A DNA stretch of 64,000 nucleotides from Armatimonadota bacterium. GTDB lineage: Bacteria > Bacillota > Desulfotomaculia > Desulfotomaculales > Nap2-2B. The stretch is taken from NCBI GenBank assembly GCA_023511535.1, contig JAIMBK010000010.1, positions 633 through 64,632 of the forward strand, in the 5' to 3' direction. The first letter of the stretch is position 1, and every line of letters starts with the position of its first letter. The position numbers and the translations under genes are program-made. The notes beneath the pieces are model-generated. The model worked only from the letters and a program-made list of their open reading frames with translations, did not search any database and was not told where the DNA came from. This document shows positions 9,201 to 17,106 of the stretch, one piece after another.

Positions 9201-12169
9201 TCGTTCAAGCGTTCCTGTATACTTTGCCATTGGTTAGTTAACAAGATCAAACGCTCGCTCCGCGCTGTATCTAGCCTGGTCAGAATTTGGTCTAAAACAG
9301 CATAACAAGGTGTGAAATTTTGGACAGCCTTAACATCTATTGCCTGAATCTGGGCACTATATTCTGCCCGTTCTTCACCAATGATTCCATCAACTACCGC
9401 CTGCTCAATTGCTTCTTCTGTATGTCGGATTTTATCCTCGAGGGCAGCCCTGGAACCTTCGAGTTCTTCCTGATATTTTTTGCACAAACCGTTATATTCT
9501 TGCTCTGTACCCAATGCTCGCGCCAACTGGTCCGCAAACCGAAAATCCTTTTTCTCCAACCAACCCATAAAGGCTTCCTGCCAGGAGGGATTTTGTGCAT
9601 AGGCATCACGCAAGACCGTAGCAATAGGTGCCAACGCTAAAGGTTCTCCGTTATCGTTCAGAGTAAGTTCCGAAAAAAGGAATAACCTTCGCCGGAAAGC
9701 CTTCATTAAAGTATCCTCTTCGCTGATAAGCCAGTCCCAACGGTTCTCCGGCAAAGAAGATTTCAGGTACTCCGCCGGTAATTGTAAAATCCGGCATAAC
9801 TGCCCGGCGGCCCGAAGGAGGCAATACCCACCAGCCAGCAGGGAAATAGGGGCAGGTTTGCTGGTTAGGTTACGCCAGCTTTCCTCTTCTTCGGCAAGAG
9901 CTTTTTGAACACCTTGCCGCAATTCGGTAATGCGTTCCGCCAGCCAGTTTCTGCCCAGCCGTTCAATATCCTTCTCTTGCTCAACTAGTTCACACCAGCG
10001 GATGGCAAGAAAACATCCATCGCGGACATAACGAATAATCTGTTCCCGAGGATCACCTGTAATCAAATTATACTTTTTCCCCATTAGTTTGCGGTCAACG
10101 GCATTGATTTGGTCGGTGACAAAATCTCTCTGAAACCAATTATCAATTTCTTGCCGCACCAGTTGTACCCGATCACGACGGTCTTCCGCGACCAGCAATA
10201 AAATTGCTCCTAATTGACCTTTACTATCAATCAAATCCTGCCATACAGCGGTGGCCCGGTTCAATTTTGTTCTCCGCCCGCGCGCACCCTCCAACCAATC
10301 CTTAACCTTCAGGGATGCCTCTCGAATGGTCTGTTCACGCAGTTCAATACCGGAAACACTTAAGAGATCGGTTCTTTGAATCGGCACCCCAAGTTGCGCA
10401 AAAGTTTTTATTGTTTCAATTAAGCTATGCAAAAAAGGATGATTCCCCGGTACTTTTAGCCAACCCATTAATCCGCTTTTTGGCGCAATCAGAGTTGGGC
10501 ATAACGCTGCCGCCAAACCCAACAATTCCTGTACCTCGTCGTTTTCAGGCTGATGGTTGCGAGCAATTTCAAGCAGATCCTGAACAAAAAGATCGGAGTC
10601 CAGGTTTAACCATCTTGCCCCCTGGAGCGCCTGCAGGAGCCAATATTGTAATGGCGAAGAAGCGTACTTTTCCTCTAATGACCTTGCCAACCAGTAGGCG
10701 CCGGCGAGATCGTCTTCGATGATCAAAGACCAGAAAAAGTCATTCCAATTATCCAGGCCATCATGGGAAAATAAAGTGACCGCAATATCGTGGGCCGATG
10801 CCCGTTTTTCCTTTACCAATCTTAATGAAATTTTTTCGGGAGGCTGGGACTCAGGAACGACTGCAGTACGTTGATTTTCCGGTTGAGCCACTGCAACTTC
10901 CAGAGAAGCAAAAGGCGATTGATTAGTTCCGTTTTTCTCTGTAGAAGGTGAAATTAAGGAAATTTCCTCATGCTCCAAAAGGGAAAAAGGTGGTGGTGAA
11001 GAATCTAGCTTTGGCAACTGCTGTTCCAAATTGTTCCCCTTTTCAACGTGATCATCTTCTTCTGCTTTTCCTTTTTCCTGACATTGTTGTTCACCTTTCT
11101 CTTCCCGATCGGCTTTCCCAGGTATGCAGCTGGCAGGCAAAAATACTTCCGTCAATTCCTGATAGATCTGCTGGATTTTTTCTTCCAGTTCCTCCTGCTT
11201 TTTGCGGCGTTCGCGCTCTTCATGAATTGTAGCACCAGTTTGACGAAGTTCCTGGTAGAAACCAAAAAGTTCAAACAACCTTTCAATGCGGTCACAAGCT
11301 TCGGTTGCCTGTTGATATGAACAATTACGTACATCCCACTGGTCCGTATTTGTTATGCCAAAAAAGATTAATTCTTTTGCCCATTCCTTTTGCAATTTAC
11401 GCAAATCATGCTGTAAAAGCTCCAGGACAGAATCCTTTTCCCGGCTTTTGCTCTCCGCCAGTTCTTTTAACTGGTTAATAAAATCATTAACAGACTCCCA
11501 TTCGGGCGCTTCCGCCGGCAAAGCTTTTAGTTCTTCCAACCATTTGTGCCATAGTAGACCGACACCCAAACCTTTTTCCTCTTTCTCCTCAACGGATCCC
11601 TCTTCCTTTACCTCATCTCCTTCTTCTGTTATTTCATCTCCTTCTTCCATGGCCGATAAAATTGCTTCCTCAATTAAAGAAGCGATGAGAAGACGAACAT
11701 CGTTTTGGCAGTAACCCCGTTCAGCAACTAAAAAGGCAACCGCATCTTCAACCTGTTGTAATAGATATCCGCAATTCCCTGGATCTTCAAGTGAGTTTGC
11801 CAAACACTCAACTATCTTTTTTGGTCCTATGCACTGCTGGTTAAGATACTCCAGAATTTCGACCTTCAGTTCGCCCTTTGTTTCTTCCCATACTTTAAGG
11901 ATTGCTTTGAGCAATTGATCAGAATAATATGTAACAGCTTTTATTTCCTGGCCTAAAAGACGTACAGGCGCCTTTAATGGGTTTCGAAACCCGTTGATCT
12001 GGATATGGCCCCTAATGGTTTGCTCCAGTTGTCGGCGTGCCGGGAAGGATGCTTCCTTCCAGTGGCCAAGGGCCTGCCTGATGATTTCTTCCCGGTAACT
12101 TTCATCTTTTTTCACAATGGTTAGAATGTTATCTAAAAATGACGCTAAATCTTTTATTTGTTCTGACAC
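6209..12169 (-). CDS. Giant (1986 aa) P-loop NTPase, AAA+/STAND-like (Arch_ATPase-like core), with long uncharacterised N- and C-terminal regions
   Basis: Uninterrupted 5.96-kb ORF. GTG start sits 9 nt after AAAGGAGGG. FFGREDMVRKL...VVYGGRQLGKSALLRYV is Walker A (nt 8246-8269, aa ~1301). RVLVLFDEADNFL is Walker B and KVVFAGLHNVQRF is sensor-1-like. No other motif is recognisable by eye in ~1290 aa upstream or ~600 aa downstream of the core. Confidence 0.8.
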   Translation of the reverse strand: MSEQIKDLASFLDNILTIVKKDESYREEIIRQALGHWKEASFPARRQLEQTIRGHIQINGFRNPLKAPVRLLGQEIKAVTYYSDQLLKAILKVWEETKGELKVEILEYLNQQCIGPKKIVECLANSLEDPGNCGYLLQQVEDAVAFLVAERGYCQNDVRLLIASLIEEAILSAMEEGDEITEEGDEVKEEGSVEEKEEKGLGVGLLWHKWLEELKALPAEAPEWESVNDFINQLKELAESKSREKDSVLELLQHDLRKLQKEWAKELIFFGITNTDQWDVRNCSYQQATEACDRIERLFELFGFYQELRQTGATIHEERERRKKQEELEEKIQQIYQELTEVFLPASCIPGKADREEKGEQQCQEKGKAEEDDHVEKGNNLEQQLPKLDSSPPPFSLLEHEEISLISPSTEKNGTNQSPFASLEVAVAQPENQRTAVVPESQPPEKISLRLVKEKRASAHDIAVTLFSHDGLDNWNDFFWSLIIEDDLAGAYWLARSLEEKYASSPLQYWLLQALQGARWLNLDSDLFVQDLLEIARNHQPENDEVQELLGLAAALCPTLIAPKSGLMGWLKVPGNHPFLHSLIETIKTFAQLGVPIQRTDLLSVSGIELREQTIREASLKVKDWLEGARGRRTKLNRATAVWQDLIDSKGQLGAILLLVAEDRRDRVQLVRQEIDNWFQRDFVTDQINAVDRKLMGKKYNLITGDPREQIIRYVRDGCFLAIRWCELVEQEKDIERLGRNWLAERITELRQGVQKALAEEEESWRNLTSKPAPISLLAGGYCLLRAAGQLCRILQLPAEYLKSSLPENRWDWLISEEDTLMKAFRRRLFLFSELTLNDNGEPLALAPIATVLRDAYAQNPSWQEAFMGWLEKKDFRFADQLARALGTEQEYNGLCKKYQEELEGSRAALEDKIRHTEEAIEQAVVDGIIGEERAEYSAQIQAIDVKAVQNFTPCYAVLDQILTRLDTARSERLILLTNQWQSIQERLNEAKIDQNRKAQVQSFVQNALDQGDTRVVEEILSRLARALDTGEEIEDNWFVPRVDERDVFHEFKESLKRIEEELGRDHGVVAVGDAIRNERRWAGLNFGKLPRPRRDEALSAIEAWRRLKQGRMTNKEKVTLITYILHYLGFNIEPGLKVPANNLYASDYYFYMSRVPMSAGGLAPVPQFGSQQQGVYDVICLWERPSVDTMSAWLRDLKLDNRNVLVFYLGRMSLERRHVMKQLSIERGLTMAVLDEILLVFLAAERTARLSSFFKCSLPFTAVNPYTPFQAGDVPQEMFFGREDMVRKLQRPEESCVVYGGRQLGKSALLRYVQREFHQPQNDQYAYVEDIKIVGDPKTGQPTSVIWKKLRDVFKMLGLLPPKINTDLPDEIITHLRNVLEKNPRYRVLVLFDEADNFLDADARDNFCIVDQLRILMQNTQRRFKVVFAGLHNVQRFQGLANQPLAQFGAPMRVGPLEPGAAQELIRKPLSSLGYRFKDDALILRILSYTNYHPGLIQLFCQKLLIRLHNKARREKPQYPYVIDRSDIEAVYRMQEIREQFKERFDWTLALDKRYQAIAWTIIYDHLDKRDVFAQSYRATDILRMASEWWEQGFGQIRSDEFRGLLDEMCGLGVLWRSNEGYYHLRSPNLVRIIGTKDHIEERLLELSYASPDDQNDDPNNYHAPLDCNGRYYNPLSFGQERSLNTRQFGVGLLFASGALGLNRFVEAFRSLVTGEPTEVTAGVWGDLASIPPEVNDAGKMRIWLEDYLKMHSGYGRLVVYREMKGSAKEIEPLINSAVRICQKYKGKKKGQWLRVLFVFPPKATWEWLTLPATDRKELENQVDVVLWPRRWNLAAIKQRIVQRNKMDSKDVCEQVFQTTGGWPYLLDELFIRCGEADDPRPFCCQIDNELKEMGSPLRQNFWSQLGLEINEHIEKLARFIIQEKSIPLELATPEHICELLSSGQPASEKVWAAVLEYLQMMGLTEIHPEEGLILEPIVERLLKV

Positions 12170-12700
12170 CTTTCCTTACCCTCCTTTAAATATAAACCGG
12201 TAATAAATAACTGATTATAAGGTATATAACCGACTTCAATTTGTCACGGTTTAAAATTTTTTTAACGATGTTTCTCCTGGTCGATTTGTCACTGGACTTA
12301 TTTCAATTTGTTAGGCAAACTCTTTAACAGCAAAAATCGTCTTAAGCAATCTACCGCCGAGGTGACCTATACCATGCCCGCTCTTAAACCTGATTTCGAT
12401 GTAATGCTACAATTTTCCTGCAATGAAATATTATTTTTTTCTATACTTCCAAAAATATTTGGTCTTCAGGCGAGACGTAAAAAAGGTTTCAGTAATCGGA
12501 AAGACCGGGCATTTGGTCAATTGCATCGTGGCGATCCGGTGGTCCTTAAATGATAGTGGACGACTTTTTGCTGAAATCTAATTTAAATGCACAAGCCCCT
12601 TAATGCATTGGCTACCTTTTCTAAAAAAATGATTAGTGATAGAGCAACCAAATTGCAAGTATGAGTAAATATTTCTACAAAGATTTTACAATAAAATCTT

Positions 12701-14749
12701 CTAAACAATAATCGCCTTAACAAAAGCGTCCGTTGCATCAGCGTAGAATTCGATATTGATCTTCGTAGCCATTTCATCAGGAAGGTCAAATAGTTGCCTT
12801 CGCGAAGATATAGGCATTAAAAGCGTCGTTGCTCCTTTCTCGAGGGCCAGCTCGGCCACGGCAACCGGGTTAGGGATCATCTCGATTGAACCGCCAAGGT
12901 TAAGGGCACCAACAATGATTAATCCACCTTTGACGCTGCGCTCGATTAAAGCGCCGCAAAGGGCGATGAGAACCGGCAAACCGAGTCCCCGACCGGAACG
13001 ATCGACGTCCATCGCGCGTAATTGAATGGAAAACTCGTGTCCACGGGGATCGCGGTCCCCAACCAGCTCTTTGGCCCTTACGTAAAGATTCTGTTCTCCG
13101 TAACGGACGCTCTCCCGAAAAGCCGGCGGAACGGGTGAGTTAAGAATCTTCACCCCACTCCCGGGACCAACCGTGGCCTCTATACGATATAGAGCCGGGG
13201 AAGCGTCCTGCCCGCCGGGGCTGATCGCCCATACCTGCCCCGGAGGCAAGGGATCACTGTCAATGGTTTCGTCGCTGTGGAGTTCCGGAGTGGAAACAAA
13301 CTGTTCCACCCCATCTACGCCCATGGAGAAGCTGAAATGAGTATTGCGAAATTCCGTTTTCAGGCAGCGCTTCTGCTGCTCTTTCACCCGGCGGCGCGCT
13401 TCCAGAGCGATCCGGACGATCTTCTCCAGCTCTTCATCTGGAATGGGCATCTCCGGATCAGGAAAAATCAGCTTGACCAGGCCGCTCACGATTTTATTTA
13501 CCGCTTCAATATCCCGTCCGCTGAGCGCTCCTCCCCAGTTCACCCGGCCCTGCAGAACCGATATCCGACTGCCGTCCCGCAGCTTATGCCAGCACTCAGA
13601 GAGGAAATCGCTAACTAATCCAAAATGGTTCGTAAAGTGAATATTTGGATTAAGTTTCGGAAATTCCCACCCGGGAACGTAGGCATGAATCCGGTCCATA
13701 AAGGCCGTATCGTCGCGCATCTCAGGAGGAAGCGGGCTCAGCAAATGGCCGATGCGTTGCTGCTGCTGAACATCGACGTCAAAATTTCCCAGCATGACAA
13801 TGCCGCCGAAGGCGCGAATGCTCTCCTTGCCCCGGGAAAATTCGCCCGCTGCCATGTAACCTTTCATGATGTTGACGCCGTCTTTCTGGTCGAAGGATAT
13901 GCCGGAGATTTCGTCGAAGCAGACCACGTCATAAAGACAGACAAGCCCCCGCTGCCCGGTGGCGTTATTTACAAACATCTTGGCCACCGTGGCCTTCCCG
14001 CCAGAAATCAGGTGTGAGTAGGGAGAGATTTGTTGAAACAAATGACTTTTCCCGGTTCCGCGGGGACCCAGTTCCACAAGATTACAGTTTTGCTCCACAA
14101 ACGGCACCATTCTTAACAAGGCCACAAGTTGCGCCCGTTCCGAAAGGGAGTCCGGTTCCAAACCTACGGAACGCAGCAGAAAGCGTTTCCATTCGTCCGT
14201 TGTGAACTGACTCCTTCCCCGCTGCAAAACTGTTAGAACGTCCACCCTGGAAAGTTGAATGGGTCTTAGGTTTTCGATTTTGAAAGGACGGCCATTTCTT
14301 TCCAGAGCGATCGCAGCGTCATAGCCCAGGGTTATTTCGGCATAAAATCCATCGGTCAGCATTCGCTCATTCTCATGAACCAGATTGTCATCAATGCGGA
14401 CATCTTTTAGCCCCAGGCTCGGCAACTCCGCAATAAAGCAGTCATTGCGAGCGTCCAGGCGGGCTTTGACAATGTCGATTATCTTTACCGACCCGCTATC
14501 TCTTGCGCGCGCTTTAAAGAGTTCTTCTTCGCCGGTCCGGACCGTACGGTCTTTCAACTGTCTTTCGACAATCCGCAGGCCCTCCTCAATCTCTACTTCG
14601 TCAACAGTTGCGCAATAGCGCCCGAGTAGAAACTCTACAACATATGTAGGCACTGGATACTGACGGCTGTATTTGCGCACCAGATCTTTGCGCACTATAT
14701 AGCCATCAAACGCGGAAGCTGCGATCCGGTCGAGAGAATCAAGCTCCAT
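12701..14749 (-). CDS. brxL: BREX system Lon protease-like protein BrxL
   Basis: N-terminus FDGYIVRKDLVRKYSRQYPVPTYVVEFLLGRYCA, P-loop ELGPRGTGKSHLFQQ and a C-terminal Lon-protease-like region. It is the last gene of the canonical type 1 BREX order. Confidence 0.9.
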   Translation of the reverse strand: MELDSLDRIAASAFDGYIVRKDLVRKYSRQYPVPTYVVEFLLGRYCATVDEVEIEEGLRIVERQLKDRTVRTGEEELFKARARDSGSVKIIDIVKARLDARNDCFIAELPSLGLKDVRIDDNLVHENERMLTDGFYAEITLGYDAAIALERNGRPFKIENLRPIQLSRVDVLTVLQRGRSQFTTDEWKRFLLRSVGLEPDSLSERAQLVALLRMVPFVEQNCNLVELGPRGTGKSHLFQQISPYSHLISGGKATVAKMFVNNATGQRGLVCLYDVVCFDEISGISFDQKDGVNIMKGYMAAGEFSRGKESIRAFGGIVMLGNFDVDVQQQQRIGHLLSPLPPEMRDDTAFMDRIHAYVPGWEFPKLNPNIHFTNHFGLVSDFLSECWHKLRDGSRISVLQGRVNWGGALSGRDIEAVNKIVSGLVKLIFPDPEMPIPDEELEKIVRIALEARRRVKEQQKRCLKTEFRNTHFSFSMGVDGVEQFVSTPELHSDETIDSDPLPPGQVWAISPGGQDASPALYRIEATVGPGSGVKILNSPVPPAFRESVRYGEQNLYVRAKELVGDRDPRGHEFSIQLRAMDVDRSGRGLGLPVLIALCGALIERSVKGGLIIVGALNLGGSIEMIPNPVAVAELALEKGATTLLMPISSRRQLFDLPDEMATKINIEFYADATDAFVKAIIV

Positions 14750-14751
14750 GT

Positions 14752-17100
14752 TTAATCCTCACCTCCTACGGTGGTTGTCTGCTTTGCAATTACTCGTCCT
14801 GCAGGATCAAGCAGAACAAGGCTGACGACAGTGCCTTCCAGGGAATCATCAGCAACGAGAAGGCCCGCGCGCCCCCTGGAATCAACCTGCCTGGGCGTGG
14901 TAATGCTGGAATTTGCCTCGTTGGGTTTTGTCCGCAGATCTGCTGTAACTTCATTACTGCCGGCATCAACTGTAACCCGGCAACGCATCCCAAGCCACTG
15001 GATTTCCTTGATGCTGACCGGCAGGGGAGCCAAAATGCTATCCGAACTAAAGGTCAAGTCAGGAATGAGGCATTCCTGAAGGCTCACGCCACCATGAGCG
15101 TATTCATTACCGTTTATAAAACAAGATACCCCGGGCGCAAATGCGAAGTGCTGATAGGTATTCCAATACCATCCGGCAGTGGGAACGTCGACCCGGGCAC
15201 CCGGGCTGATGGCCGCGCATCTCATCCAGCGGCTCTCAGTGAGGTATTTGGGCAGTTTCATGGCCGGCAGTCCACCCGGAACTAAAAGCCATCCGTGATC
15301 AGTGATTACCCGGACCTGTTTCCAGCCGGCATCGAGCAAAGCTTGGATTCGATCCAAAACGAGCTCGAGCTGTTCATCGATGCGGGGCGCAAGCCTGGTT
15401 TGCAAGGCATGGCCCAGTCTGTCAAATTCGCCAAGTTCCGTCCACCCCCGGGCACTCGGTTCACCCGGAGTACCGGTCTCAGAAGAATTAAATACCTGAT
15501 AACCGGCTTTGCTTAACAACTTCCGAAAACGGTCGGTGGTCAGAGGGAGGTTCCCCTCCCTGATCATCGGCAGAAAATCTTCCCCCGGAAGGTCGCCCGA
15601 AAGCTTTTCGGCGATTGGGGAGACAGCAGGTTTTGCTGTTGCCGTCACCGTGGGCAATCCTGCCCAGCGCCAGCCCGTGGTTACCCGCAGCTGCCTTTCT
15701 TCCGCCAGGACAACCAGCCTCCGGGCGATATCGAATCTCAGCCCGTCTACAAAGAGCAAACATTGTCCAGGATTGGCCATAATGGCGGTTTGATTTTTAT
15801 CCGGCAGGGGATTGCCGGCAACCAGATCTTGAAAACGCCGGGCCGTATCCTCCAGCCAGGGCAGATATATGCTGCGCAGAACAGCTTTGATTGCCCTGGC
15901 ATCCTCAGCTGATTTCACGCTGCTGATTGCTTTCAAAACGGCCTCATCGGCAAGATATCCGCCCTCCGTGTAAAGGTCAGCCATTGCTTTTGGCGAGTCG
16001 CCTCCCAGACCCTGGGCGGTCTTGCGGGCCAGGGTTACCAGGTGCTGGAGAGCTTCGGCCAAAGGGCTCTGTCCCAGCCTGGCCCAGACCCAATCCCTCC
16101 GCGTACCGTGGATCTTCTCCAGTTCCTCGATTTTCTTTCTGGCCTCACCAGAAGATAAGCTCTCCAATTCTAAAAGACTCTGCCTTAAGGAATTCTCTTC
16201 TGTTTCGTTTTCATCCGGCCAGGGCTCTTTGTCAAAGATCAATCTTGCCGGCTTGGCTCGCCTTAAAAGATTGGGAATACCGGGGTAAAGGGCCGGTGAT
16301 TCTGTGTAACGTTTCCATAAAGTCTGCCAAACTTCAGTTTCCCGCATGCCCAATTTTTCAGCAGCAACAAGCTCTCCTTCTCCTTCCGGATCAAATCCGT
16401 ATTCGTCCCGGCAACGGGAACAAAATGCCGCCCACCTCTCGTAACCCCACTTCTCCCGAGCATGGACCGGGTCACTCAGCCATAATAATAATTCCCGCGG
16501 CGTATCGGCGATCATCAACCTGTCGAAGTCCTCGGCTTCCAAACGCTTACCCCGCAGCCGCGAAATGGGGGTCACCGCCAGTTGGGACAGCGCTCTGAGC
16601 ATAGCCTGACGGGTTTCTCTATCTTTAGCAACATCCAGGCCCAGGCCGTCTTCAGAGACAAGAAACGCCTCCACTGTCCAGTCTTTGCCGTTGCGCTGCG
16701 TCCAGACCGTCCCCCGGTATTGTAATTCCACCAACGGCTTCAGGCTATCTGGACATTCCTCACCCGCCCGAAGCAACTGCCGGTTTACGTTCGGCATGTA
16801 GATGATTGGAATGGTTTTCTCCGGCAGTTCAACGTCAGGCAGCAGGCGCTCAATAACGCAACGCAGCCAGATTGCCGGCCCCGTTCTTTCTTTCGGATTA
16901 TATTCTCCCAGGGTTAAAAGCTCCGGCATGAGCAGGCGTAATTGGGACACCAGTGGCTCCCATTGACCATCGGCATCAGTCCAAAGAATGGCCGCGGGAG
17001 GAACGGCAGAGCCTGGATCATACCGGCCGGCCCGAAAGAGCGACTCACGTACGGCCTCCAGAAGGGTATTTGCCGTTGTTTTACCTGTCTTACCAGACAT
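14752..17100 (-). CDS. pglZ: BREX-1 alkaline-phosphatase-family protein PglZ
   Basis: LLFVDGLRFDIARRL PglZ-domain core and a size of ~780 aa. It lies between pglX and brxL with 2-6 nt gaps. Confidence 0.9.
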   Translation of the reverse strand: MSGKTGKTTANTLLEAVRESLFRAGRYDPGSAVPPAAILWTDADGQWEPLVSQLRLLMPELLTLGEYNPKERTGPAIWLRCVIERLLPDVELPEKTIPIIYMPNVNRQLLRAGEECPDSLKPLVELQYRGTVWTQRNGKDWTVEAFLVSEDGLGLDVAKDRETRQAMLRALSQLAVTPISRLRGKRLEAEDFDRLMIADTPRELLLWLSDPVHAREKWGYERWAAFCSRCRDEYGFDPEGEGELVAAEKLGMRETEVWQTLWKRYTESPALYPGIPNLLRRAKPARLIFDKEPWPDENETEENSLRQSLLELESLSSGEARKKIEELEKIHGTRRDWVWARLGQSPLAEALQHLVTLARKTAQGLGGDSPKAMADLYTEGGYLADEAVLKAISSVKSAEDARAIKAVLRSIYLPWLEDTARRFQDLVAGNPLPDKNQTAIMANPGQCLLFVDGLRFDIARRLVVLAEERQLRVTTGWRWAGLPTVTATAKPAVSPIAEKLSGDLPGEDFLPMIREGNLPLTTDRFRKLLSKAGYQVFNSSETGTPGEPSARGWTELGEFDRLGHALQTRLAPRIDEQLELVLDRIQALLDAGWKQVRVITDHGWLLVPGGLPAMKLPKYLTESRWMRCAAISPGARVDVPTAGWYWNTYQHFAFAPGVSCFINGNEYAHGGVSLQECLIPDLTFSSDSILAPLPVSIKEIQWLGMRCRVTVDAGSNEVTADLRTKPNEANSSITTPRQVDSRGRAGLLVADDSLEGTVVSLVLLDPAGRVIAKQTTTVGGED

Positions 17101-17106
17101 ATCTAT

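Noticed and set aside
11570-11650. 21-nt tandem duplication in the giant gene (encoding EEGDEIT/EEGDEVK) as a possible phase-variation site
   Set aside because: The repeat is in-frame (a multiple of 3) with only two copies. It is more simply a low-complexity acidic linker and is mentioned only under the giant-protein finding.
12308-12789. ORFs of 81 aa (plus strand) and 68 aa (minus strand) in the BREX / giant-gene spacer
   Set aside because: No SD, AT-rich low-information translations, and the 68-aa ORF overlaps the brxL 3' end out of frame.
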